Part shown: one piece after another, positions 26,333-39,700 of the stretch | How the letters are laid out: every line of letters starts with the position of its first letter | Position numbering within the stretch: position 1 is the stretch's first letter | Assembly: GCA_964035545.1 (NCBI GenBank) | Contig: OZ037766.1 | Span: 18,253,081-18,317,080 of the forward strand | Direction of reading: 5' to 3' | Length of the DNA: 64,000 nt | Source: Bugula neritina | Lineage: Eukaryota; Animalia; Bryozoa | The notes under the pieces: generated by a model | Seen by the model: only the letters and a program-made list of their open reading frames with translations | Told to the model about the DNA's origin: nothing | Databases searched by the model: none | Translations under genes and position numbers: made by a program

Positions 26333-29300
26333 TGTTACAGTATATTTCACTGTGTTACAGTAAATTTCAATATGTTACAGTGCATTTGCAGATATTACAC
26401 TATACTTCAGTGAGTTTTAGTGTCTTTCAGTATGTTACAGTGTATTTCAGTATGTTGCAGTGTATTTCAGTATGTTGCAGTATAATTCAGTATGTTACAA
26501 TAAATTTCAGTCTGTTACAGTACATTTTCGTAAATTACACTATACTTCAGTGAGTTGTAGTATATTTCATTATCTTGCAGTATATCTTAGTATGTTACAG
26601 TATATTTCAGTATGTTACAGTATATTTCACTGTGTTACACTAAATTTCAATATGTTACAGTGCATTTGCAGATATTACACTATACTTCAGTGAGTTTTAG
26701 TGTCTTTCAGTATGTTACAGTGTATTTCAGTATGTTGCAGTATAATTCAGTATGTTACAATAAATTTCAGTATGTTACAGTACATTTACGTAAATTACAC
26801 TATACTTCAGTGAGTTGTAGCATATTTCAGTATCTCGCAGTATATCTCAGTATGTTACAGTATATTTCAGTATGTTACAGTATATTTCAGTGTGTTACAG
26901 TAAATTTCAGTATGTTACAGTGCATTTGCAGATATTACACTATACTTCAGTGAGTTTTAGTGTCTTTTAGTATGTTGCAGTATATTTAAGTATGTTGCAG
27001 TTTTTTGCAATATATTTTAGTATGTTACAGTGTATTTCAGTACGTTGCAGTATATTTCAGTATGATGCAATAAATTTCAGTGTGTTACAGTACATTTCTG
27101 CAAATTACGCTATACTTCAGTGAGTTGTAGTATATTTCAGTATCTTGCAGTATATCTCAGTATGTTACAGTTTATTTCAGTATGTTCCAGTATATTTCAG
27201 CGTGTTTCAGTATATTTCAGCATGCCACAGTGCACTTTTACATTTTTCACTATACTTCAGTGAGTTTTAGTGTCTTTCAGTATGTTGCGGTATATTTCGG
27301 TATCTTGCAACTTATTTCAATGTGTTGCAATGTATTTTAATATGTTAAAGTGTATTTCAGTATGTTGCAGCATGTTGCAGTGTATTTCAGTATGTTACAG
27401 TGTATTTCAGTAGGTTTCAGTATCTTGCAGTATATTTCAGTATGTTGTAGTGTATTTCAGTATGTTACAGTATATTCCAGTATGTTCCAGTATGTTGCCG
27501 TGTATTTCAGTATGTTGCAGTGCATATCAGTATGTTACAGTGTATTTCAGTATGTTAAACCGTATTTCAGTATGTTGCAGTATTTTGCAATATATTTCAG
27601 TATGTTTCAGTATTTTGCAGTATATTTCAGTGTGTTACAGTGTATTTCAGTATATCACAGTGCATTTTCAGGTATTACACTATACTTCAGTGAGTTTTAG
27701 TGTCGTTCAGTATGTTGCATTATATTTCAGTATCTTGCAACATATTTCAATGTGTTGCAATGCATTTCAATATGTCACAATGTATTTCAGTATGTTGCAG
27801 TATGTTGCAGTGTATTTCAGTATGTTACAGTGTATTTCAGTAGGTTTCAGTATCTTGCAGTATATCTCAGTATGTTACAGTTTATTTCAGTATGTTCCAG
27901 TATATTTAAGCGTGTTTCAGTATATTTCAGTATGCCACAGTGCATTTTTAGATTTTTCACTATACTTCAGTGAGTTTTAGTGTCTTTCAGTATGTTGCAG
28001 TATATTTCGGTATCTTGCAACTTATTTCAATGTGTTGCAATGTATTTCAATATGTTACAGTTTATTTCAGTATGTTGCAGCATGTTGCAGTGTATTTCAG
28101 TATGTTACAGTGTATTTCAGTAGGTTTCAGTATCTTGCAGTATATTTCAGTATGTTGCAGTATATTTCAGTGGGTTACAGTATATTCCAGTATGTTCCAG
28201 TATGTTGCAGTATATTTCAGTATGTTGCAGTGTGTTTCAGTATGTTACAGTGTATTTCAGTATGTTGCAGTATGTTGCAGTGTATTTCTGTATGTTACAG
28301 CGTACTTCTGTATGTTACAGTGTATTTCAGTATGTTGCAGTATATTTCAGTATGTTACAGTATATTTCACTAAGTTGCAGTATATTTCAGTGGGTTATAG
28401 CATATTCCAGTATGATACAATGTATTTGAGTATGTTACAGTGTATTTCAGTATGTTGCAGTATATTTCAGTATGTTACAATAAATTTCAGTATGTTACAG
28501 TACATTTCCGTAAATTACACTATACTTCAGTGAGCTGTAGTATATTTCAGTGTCTTGCAGTATATCTCAGTATGTTACAGCATATTTCAATGTGTTGCAG
28601 TGTATTTCAATATGTTACAGTGTATTTCAGTATGTTGCAGCATGTTGCAGTATGCTGCAGTATGTTGCAGTTTATGTCTGTATGTTACAGTGTATTTCAG
28701 TATGTTGCAGTGTATTTCAGTATGTTACAGTGTATTTCAGTAGGTTTCAGTGTCTTGCAGTATATTTCAGCATGTTGCAGTATATTTCAGGATTTTGCAG
28801 TATGTTTCAGTATAATTCAGTATGTTACAGTATATTTCAGTGCGTTACAGTATACTTCAGTATGATACAGTGTATTTCAGCATGTTACAGTGTATTTCAG
28901 TATGTTTCAATATTTTTAGGTATATTTCATTATGTTGAAGTATATTTCAGCGTGTTTCAGTATATTTCAGTATGTCACAGTGCATTTCCAGATATTACAC
29001 TATACTTCAGTGAGTTTTAGTGTCTTTCAGTATGTTACAGTGTATTTAAGTATGTTGCAGTATTTTGCAATATATTTCAGTATGTTACAGTATATTTCAG
29101 TATGTTGCAGTATAATTCGGTATGTTACAATAAATTTCAGTATGTTACAGTATATTTCAGTATGTTGCAGTATATTTCAGCGCGTTTCAGTATATTTCAT
29201 TATGTCACAGTGCATTTCGAGATATTACACTATACTTCAGTGAGTTTTAGTGTCTTTCAGTATGTTACAGTGTATTTCAGTATGTTGCAGTATTTTGCAA

Positions 29301-32300
29301 TATATTTCAGTATGTTACAGTGTATTTCAGTACGTTGCAGTATATTTCAGTATGATACAATAAATTTCAGCGTGTTACAGTACATTTCTGCAAATTACAC
29401 TATACTTCAGTGAGTTGTAATATATTTCAGTATCTTGCAGTATACCTCAGTATGTTTCAGTTTATTTCAGTATGATCCAGTATATTTCAGCGTGTTTCAG
29501 TATATTTCAGTATGCCACAGTACATTTTTACATTTTTCACTATACTTCAGTGAGTTTTAGTGTCTTTCAGTATGTTGCAGTATATTTCGGTATCTTGCAA
29601 CTTATTTCAATGTGTTGCAATGTATTTCAATATGTTACAGTGTATTTCAGTATGTTGCAGTGTATTTCAGTATGTTACAGTGTATTTCAGTAGGTTTCAG
29701 TATCTTGCAGTATATTTCAGTATGTTGCATTATATTTCGGTGGTTTACAGTATATTCCAGTATGTTCCATTATGTTGCAGTATATTTCAGTATGTTGCAG
29801 TGTATTTCAGTATGTTACAGTGTATTTCAGTATGTTGCAGTATGTTGCAGTGTATTTCTGTATGTTACAGCGTATTTCTGTATGTTACAGTCTATTTCAG
29901 TAGTTTTGCAATATATTTCAGTAGGTTACCATATATTTCGGTATGTTGCAGCATATTTCAATGTGTAGCAGTGTATTTCAATATGTTACAGTGTATTTCA
30001 GTATGTTGCAGTATGTTGCAGTGTATTTCTGTATGTTACAGTGTATTTCAGTATGTTGCAGTATATTTCAGTATGTTACAGTATGTTTCAGTATGTTGCA
30101 GTATTTTTCCGTGGGTTATAGTATATTTCAGTATGATACAGCGTATTTCAGTACGTACAGTGTATTTCAGTATGTTGCAGTATTTTGCAATGCATTTCAG
30201 TATGTTACAGTGTATTTCAGTATGTTGCAGTATATTTCAGTATGTTACAATAAATTTCAGTATGTTACAGTACATTTCCGTAAATTACACTACACTTCAG
30301 TGAGTTGTAGTATATTTCAGTATCTTGCAGTATATCTCAGTATGTTACCGTATATTTCAGTATGTTTCAGTATATTTCAGTGTGTTACAGTATGTTGAGT
30401 ATATTCCAGTAGTTTGCAACATATTTCAGTAGGTTACCAGATATTTCGGTATGTTGCAGCATATTTCAATGTGTTGCAGTGTATTTCAATATGTTACAGT
30501 GTATTTCAGTATGTTGCAGTATATTTCAGTGTCTTGCAGTATATTTCAGCATGTTGCAGTATATTTCAGGAGGTTGCAGTATGTTTCAGTATGTTACAGT
30601 ATGTTGCAGTATGTTGCAGTTTGCTGCAGTATGTTGCAGTGTATTTCTGTATGTTACAGTGTATTTCAGTATGTTGCAGTATATTTCAGTTTGTTACAGT
30701 ATATTTCAGTATGTTGCAGTATATTTCAGTGGGTTATAGTATATTTCAGTATGATACAGCGTCTTTCAGTATGTTACAGTGTATTTCAGCATGTTGCAGT
30801 ATTTTACAATATGTTTCAGTATGTTACAGTGTATTTCAGTATGTTGCAGTATAATTCAGTATGTTACAATAAATTTCAGTATGTTACAGTACATTTCCGT
30901 AAATTACACTATACTTCAGTGAGTTGTAGTATATTTCAGTATCTTGCAGTATATCTCAGTATGTTACAGTATATTTCAGTATGTTACAGTATATTTCACT
31001 GTGTTACAGTAAATTTCAATATGTTGCAGTGCATTTGCAGATATTAAACTATACTTCAGTGAGTTTTAGTGTCTTTCAGTATGTTACAGTGTATTTCAGT
31101 ATGTTGCAGTATTTTGCAATATATTTCAGTATGTTACAGTGTATTTCAGTATGTTGCAGTATAATTCAGTATGTTACAATAAATTTCAGTATGTTACAGT
31201 ACATTTCCGTAAATTACACTATACTTCAGTGAGTTGTAGTATATTTTAGTATCTTGCAGTATCTCTCAGTATGTTACAGTATATTTCAGTATGTTACAGT
31301 ATATTTCAGTGTGTTACAGTAAATTTCAGTATGTTACAGTGCATTTGCAGATATTACACTATACTTCAGTGAGTTTTAGTGTCTTTCAGTATGTTGCAGT
31401 ATACTTCAGTATGTTGCAGTATTTTGCAATATATTTCAGTATGTTACAGTGTATTTCAGTATGTTACAGTATAATTCAGTATGTTACAATAAATTTCAGT
31501 ATGCTACAGTACATTTCCGTTAATTACACTATACTTCAGTGAGTTGTAGTATATTTCAGTATCTTGCAGTATATCTCAGTATGTAACAGTATATTTCAGT
31601 ATGTTACAGTTTATTTCAGTGTGTTACAGTAAATTTCAGTATGTTACAGTGCGTTTGCAGATATTACACTATACTTCAGTGAGTTTTAGTGTCTTTCAGT
31701 ATGTTGCAGTATACTTCAGTATGTTCCAGTATTTTGCAATATATTTCAGTATGTTACAGTGTATTTCAGTACGTTGCCGTATATTTCAGTATGATACAAT
31801 AAATTTCAGTGTGTTACAGTATATTTCTGCAACTTACACTATACTTCAGTGAGTTGTAGTATGTTTCAGTATCTTGCAGTATATCTCAGTATGTTGCAGT
31901 TTATTTCAGTATGTTCCAGTATATTTCAGCATGTTTCAGTATATTTCAGTATGCCACAGTGCATTTTCAGATTTTTCACTATACTTCAGTGAGTTTTAGT
32001 GTCTTTCAGTATGTTGCAGTATAATTCGGTATCTTGCAACTTATTTCAATGTGTTGCAATGTATTTCAATATGTTACAGTGTATTTCAGTATGTTGCAGT
32101 ATGTTGCAGTGTATTTCAGTATGTTACAGTGTATTTCAGTATGTTGCAGTATGTTGTAGTGTATTCCTGTATGTTACAGTATATTTCCGTATGTTACAGT
32201 ATATTTCAGTGTGTTACAGTAAATTTCAGTATGTTACAGTGCATTTGCAGATATTACACTATACTTCAGTGAGTTTTTGTGTTTTTCAGCATGTTGCAGT

Positions 32301-35300
32301 ATATTTCAGTATGTTGCAGTATTTTGCAATATATTTTAGTATGTTACAGTGTATTTCAGTACGTTGCAGTATATTTCAGTATGATCCAATAAATTTCAGT
32401 GTGTTACAGTACATTTCTGCAAATTACGCTATACTTCAGTGAGTTGTAGTATATTTCAGTATCTTGCAGTATATCTCAGTATGTTACAGTTTATTTCAGG
32501 ATGTTCCAGTATATTTCAGCGTGTTTCAGTATATTTCAGTATGCCACAGTGCATTTTCAGATTTTTCACTATACTTCAGTGAGTTTTAGTGTCTTTCAAA
32601 ATGTTGCAGTATATTTCGGTATCTTGCAACTTATTTCAATGTGTTGCATTGTATTTCAATATGTTACAGTGTATTTCAGTATGTTGCAGTATGCTGCAGT
32701 GTACTTCAGTATGTTACAGTGTATTTCAGTAGGTTTCAGTATCTTGCAGTATATTTCAGTATGTTGCGGTATATTTCAGTGGGTTACAGTATATTCCAGT
32801 ATGTTCCAGTGTGTTGCAGTATATTTCAGTATGTTGCAGTATATTTCAGTGGGTTATAGTATATTTCAGTATGATACGGCGTCTTTCAGTATGTTACTGT
32901 GTATTTCACTATGTTGCAGTATTTTGCAATATGTTTCAGTATGTTACAGTGTATTTCAGTATGTTACAGTACATTTTCGTAAATTACACTATACTCCAGT
33001 GAGTTGTAGTATATTTCAGTATCTTGCAGTATATCTCAGTATGTTACAGTATATTTCAGTATGTTACAGTATATTTCACTGTGTTACAGTAAATTTCAAT
33101 ATGTTACAGTGCATTTGCAGATATTACACTATACTTCAGTGAGTTTTAGTGTCTTTCAGTATGTTACAGTGTATTTCAGTATGTTGCAGTATTTTGCAAT
33201 ATATTTCAGTATGTTACAGTGTATTTCAGTATGTTGCAGTATAATTCAGTATGTTACAATAAATTTCAGTATGTTACAGTACATTTCCGTTAATTACACT
33301 ATACTTCAGTGAGTTGTAGTATATTTCAGTATCTTGCAGTATATCTCAGTATGTAACAGTATATTTCAGTATGTTACAGTATATTTCAGTGTGTTACAGT
33401 AAATTTCAGTATGTTACAGTGCGTTTGCAGATATTACACTATACTTCAGTGAGTTTTAGTGTCTATCAGTATGTTGCAGTATACTTCAGTATGTTGCAGT
33501 ATTTTGCAATATATTTCAGTATGTTACAGTGTATTTCAGTACGTTGCCGTATATTTCAGTATGATACAATAAATTTCAGTGTGTTACAGTATATTTCTGC
33601 AACTTACACTATACTTCAGTGAGTTGTAGTATATTTCAGTATCTTGCAGTATATCTCAGTATGTTGCAGTTTATTTCAGTATGTTCCAGTATATTTCAGC
33701 GTGTTTCAGTATATTTCAGTATGCCACAGTGCATTTTCAGATTTTTCACTATACTTCAGTGAGTTTTAGTGTCTTTCAGTATGTTGCAGTATAATTCGGT
33801 ATCTTGCAACTTATTTCAATGTGTTGCAATGTATTTCAATATGTTACAGTGTATTTCAGTATGTTGCAGTATGTTGCAGTGTATTTCAGTATGTTACAGT
33901 GTATTTCAGTAGGTTTCAGTATCTTGCAGTATTTTTCAGTATGTTGCAGTGTATTTCAGTATGTTACAGTGTATTTCAGTAGTTTGCAACATATTTCAGT
34001 ACGTTACCATATATTTCGGTATGTTACAGCATATTTCAATGTGTTGCAGTGTTTTCAGTATGTTGCAGTAAATTTCAGTGGGTTATAGTATATTCCAGTA
34101 TGATACAGTGTATTTCAGTATGTTGCAGTGTTTTTCAATGTGTTACAGTATATTTCAGTATATTACCGTATATTTAGGTATGTTACAGTTTATTCCGATA
34201 AGTTGCAGTGTATTTCAGTATGTTACACTGTATTTCAGTATGTTGCAGTATTTTGCAATATATTTCAGTATGTTTCAGTATTTTGCAGTATATTTCAGTG
34301 TGTTACAGTGTATTTCAGTATATCACAGTGCATTTTCAGGTATTACACTATACTTCAGTGAGTTTTAGTGTCGTTCAGTATGTTGCAGTATATTTCAGTA
34401 TCTTGCAACATATTTCAATGTGTTGCAATGCATTTCAATATGTTACTATGTATTTCAGTATGTTGCAGTATGTTGCAGTGTATTTCAGTATGTTACAGTG
34501 TATTTCAGCAGGTTTCAGTGTCTTGCAGTATATTTCAGCATGTTGCAGTATATTTCAGGAGGCTGCAGTATGTTTCAGTATGTTACAGTATTTTGCAGTA
34601 TTTTGCAGTATATTTCAGTGTGTTACAGTATATTTCATTATGTTGCAGTATGTTGCAGTATATTTCAGTAGTTTGCAACATATTTCAGTAGGTTACCATA
34701 TAGTTCGGTATGTTGCAGCATATTTCAATGTGTTGCAGTGTATTTCAATATGTTACAGTGTATTTCAGTATGTTGCAGTATGTTGCAGTTTGCTGCAGTA
34801 TGTTGCAGTGTATTTCTGTATGTTACAGTGTATTTAAGTATGTTGCAGTATATTTCAGTTTGTTACAGTATATTTCAGTATGTTGCAGTATATTTCAGTG
34901 GGTTATAGTATATTTCAGTATGATACAGCGTCTTTCAGTATGTTACAGTGTATTTCAGCATGTTGCAGTATTTTACAATATGTTTCAGTATGTTACAGTG
35001 TATTTCAGTATGTTGCAGTATAATTCAGTATGTTACAATAAATTTCAGTATGTTACAGTACATTTTCGTAAATTACACTATACTTCAGTGAGTTGTAGTA
35101 TATTTCAGTATCTTGCAGTATATCTCAGTATGTTACAGTATATTTCAGTGTGTTACAGTATATTTCACTGCGTTACAGTAAATTTCAATATGTTACAGTG
35201 CATTTGCAGATATTACACTATACTTCAGTTAGTTTTAGTGTCTTTCAGTATGTTACAGTGTATTTCAGTATGTTGCAGTATTTTGCAATATATTTCAGTA

Positions 35301-36799
35301 TGTTACAGTGTATTTCAGCATGTTGCAGTATGTTGCAGTATGACGCAGTATGTTGCAGTGTATTTCTGTATGTTACAGTGTATTTCAGTATGTTGCAGTA
35401 TATTTCAGTATGTTACAGTATTTTTCAGTATGTTGCAGTATATTTCAGTGGGTTATAGTATATTTCAGTATGATACGGCGTCTTTCAGTATGTTACAGCG
35501 TATTTCAGTATGTTGCAGTATTTTGCAATATGTTTCAGTATGTTACAGTGTATTCCAGTATGTTGCAGTATAATTCAGTATGTTACAATAAATTTCAGTA
35601 TGTTACAGTACATTTTCGTAAATTACACTATACTTCAGTGAGTTGTAGTATATTTCAGTATCTTGCAGTATATCTCAGTATGTTGCAGTATATTTCAGTA
35701 TGTTACAGTATATTTCACTGTGTTACAGTAAATTTCAATATATTACAGTGCATTTGCAGATATTACACTATACTTCAGTGAGTTTTAGTGTCTTTCAGTA
35801 TGTTACAGTGTTTTTCAGTATGTTGCAGTATAATTCAGTATGTTACAATAAATTTCAGTATGTTACAGTACATTTCCGTAAATTACACTATACTTCAGTG
35901 AGTTGTAGCATATTTCAGTATCTTGCAGTATATCTCAGTATGTTACAGTTTATTTCAGTATGTTCCAGTATATTTCAGCGTGTTTCAGTATATTTCAGTA
36001 TGCCACAGTGCATTTTTAGATTTTTCACTATACTTCAGTGAGTTTTAGTGTCTTTCAGTATGTTGCAGTATATTTCGGTATCTTGCAACTTATTTCAATG
36101 TGTTGCAATGTATTTCAATATGTTACAGTGTATTTCAGTATGTTGCAGCATGTTGCAGTGTATTTCAGTATGTTACAGTGTATTTCAGTAGGTTTCAGTA
36201 TCTTGCAGTATATTTCAGTATGTTGCAGTATATTTCAGTGGGTTACAGTATATTCCAGTATGTTCCAGTATGTTGCAGTATATTTCAGTATGTTGCAGTG
36301 TGTTTCAGTATGTTACAGTGTATTTCAGTATGTTGCAGTATGTTGCAGTGTATTTCTGTATGTTACAGCGTACTTCTGTATGTTACAGTGTATTTCAGTA
36401 TGTTGCAGTATATTTCAGTATGTTACAGTATATTTCACTAAGTTGCAGTATATTTCAGTGGGTTATAGCATATTGCAATATGATACAATGTATTTTAGTA
36501 TGTTACAGTGTATTTCAGTATGTTGCAGTATTTTGCAATATATTTCAGTATGTTACAGTGTATTTCAGTATGTTGCAGTATATTTCAGTATGTTACAATA
36601 AATTTCAGTATGTTACAGTACATTTCCGTAAATTACACTATACTTCAGTGAGCTGTAGTATGTTTCAGTGTCTTGCAGTATATCTCAGTATGTTACAGCA
36701 AATTTCAATGTGTTGCAGTGTTTTCAATATGTTACAGTGTATTTCAGTATGTTGCAGCATGTTGCAGTATGCTGCAGTATGTTGCAATGTATTTCTGTA

Positions 36800-39700
36800 T
36801 GTTACAGTGTATTTCAGTATGTTGCAGTATATTTCAGTATGTTACAGTATATTTCAGTATGTTGCAGTATATTTCAGTGGGTTATAGTATATTTCAGTAT
36901 GATACAGCGTATTTCAGTATGTTACAGTGTATTTCAGTATGTTGCAGTATTTTGCAACATATTTCAGTACGTTACAGTATATTTCAGTATGTTGCAGTAT
37001 AATTCAGTATGTTACCATAAAATTCAGTATGTTACAGTACATTTCCGAAAATTACACTATACTTCAGTGAGTTGTAGTATATTTCAGTATCTCGCAGTAC
37101 ATCTCCGTATGTTACAGTATATTTCAGTATGTTACAGTATATTTCAGTGTGTTACAGTAATTTCAGTATGTTACAGTGCATTTGCAGATATTACACTATA
37201 CTTCAGTGAGTTTTAGTGTCTTTCAGTATGTTGCAGTATACTTCAGTATGTTGCAGTATTTTGCAATATATTTCAGTATGTTACAGTGTATTTCAGTACG
37301 TTGCCGTATATTTCAGTATGATACAATAAATTTCAGTGTGTTACAGTACATTTCTGCAAACTACACTATACTTCAGTGAGTTGTAGTATATTTCAGTATC
37401 TTGCAGTATATCTCAGTATGTTGCAGTTTATTTCAGTATGTTCCAGTATATTTCAGCGTGTTTCACTATATTTCAGTATGCCACAGTGCATTTTCAGATT
37501 TTTCACTATACTTCAGTGAGTTTTAGTGTCTTTCAGTATGTTGCAGTATAATTCAGTGTCTTGCAACTTATTTCAATGTGTTGCAATGTATTTCAATATG
37601 TTACAGTGTATTTCAGTATGTTGCAGTATGTTGCAGTGTATTTCAGTATGTTACAGTGTATTTCAGTAGGTTTCAGTATCTTCCAGTATATTTCAGTATG
37701 TTACAGTATATTTCATTAAGTTGCAGTATGTTGCAGTATATTTCAGTAGTTTGCAACATATTTCAGTAGGTTACCATATATTTCGGTATGTTGAAGCATA
37801 TTTCAATGTGTTGCAGTGTATTTCAATATGTTACAGTGTATTTCAGTATGTTGCAGTATGTTGCAGTTTGCTGCAGTATGTTGCAGTGTCTTTCTGTATG
37901 TTACAGTGTATTTCAGTATGTTGCAGTATATTTCAGTTTGTTACAGTATATTTCAGTATGTTGCAGTATATTTCAGTGGGTTATAGTATATTTCATTATG
38001 ATACAGCGTCTTTCAGTATGTTACAGTGTATTTCAGTATGTTGCAGTACTTTGCAATATGTTTCAGTATGTTACAGTGTATTTCAGTATGTTGCAGTATA
38101 ACTCAGTATGTTACAATAAATTTCAGTATGTTACAGTACATTTTCGTAAATTACACTATACTTCAGAGAGTTGTAGTATATTTCAGTATCTTGCAGTATA
38201 TCTCAGTATGTTACAGTATATTTCAGTATGTTACAGTATATTTCACTGTGTTACAGTAAATTTCAATATGTTACAGTGCATTTGCAGATATTACACTATA
38301 CTTCGGTGAGTTTTAGTGTCTTTCAGTATGTTACAGTGTATTTCAGTATGTTGCAGTGTATTTCAGTATGTTGCAGTATAATTCAGTATGTTACAATAAA
38401 TTTCAGTATGTTACAGTACATTTTCGTAAATTACACTATACTTCAGTGAGTTGTAGTATATTTCATTATCTTGCAGTATATCTTAGTATGTTACAGTATA
38501 TTTCAGTATGTTACAGTATATTTCACTGTGTTACACTAAATTTCAATATGTTACAGTGCATTTGCAGATATTACACTATACTTCAGTGAGTTTTAGTGTC
38601 TTTCAGTATGTTACAGTGTATTTCAGTATGTTGCAGTATAATTCAGTATGTTACAATAAATTTCAGTATGTTACAGTACATTTCCGTAAATTACACTATA
38701 CTTCAGTGAGTTGTAGCATATTTCAGTATCTCGCAGTATATCTCAGTATGTTACAGTATATTTCAGTATGTTACAGTATATTTCAGTGTGTTACAGTAAA
38801 TTTCAGTATGTTACAGTGCATTTGCAGATATTACACTATACTTCAGTGAGTTTTAGTGTCTTTTAGTATGTTGCAGTATATTTAAGTATGTTGCAGTTTT
38901 TTGCAATATATTTTAGTATGTTACAGTGTATTTCAGTACGTTGCAGTATATTTCAGTATGATGCAATAAATTTCAGTGTGTTACAGTACATTTCTGCAAA
39001 TTACGCTATACTTCAGTGAGTTGTAGTATATTTCAGTATCTTGCAGTATATCTCAGTATGTTACAGTTTATTTCAGTATGTTCCAGTATATTTCAGCGTG
39101 TTTCAGTATATTTCAGCATGCCACAGTGCACTTTTACATTTTTCACTATACTTCAGTGAGTTTTAGTGTCTTTCAGTATGTTGCAGTATATTTCGGTATC
39201 TTGCAACTTATTTCAATGTGTTGCAATGTATTTTAATATGTTACAGTGTATTTCAGTATGTTGCAGCATGTTGCAGTGTATTTCAGTATGTTACAGTGTA
39301 TTTCAGTAGGTTTCAGTATCTTGCAGTATATTTCAGTATGTTGTAGTGTATTTCAGTGGGTTACAGTATATTCCAGTATGTTCCAGTATGTTGCCGTGTA
39401 TTTCAGTATGTTGCAGTGCATATCAGTATGTTACAGTGTATTTCAGTATGTTAAACCGTATTTCAGTATGTTGCAGTATTTTGCAATATATTTCAGTATG
39501 TTTCAGTATTTTGCAGTATATTTCAGTGTGTTACAGTGTATTTCAGTATATCACAGTGCATTTTCAGGTATTACACTATACTTCAGTGAGTTTTAGTGTC
39601 GTTCAGTATGTTGCATTATATTTCAGTATCTTGCAACATATTTCAATGTGTTGCAATGCATTTCAATATGTCACAATGTATTTCAGTATGTTGCAGTATG

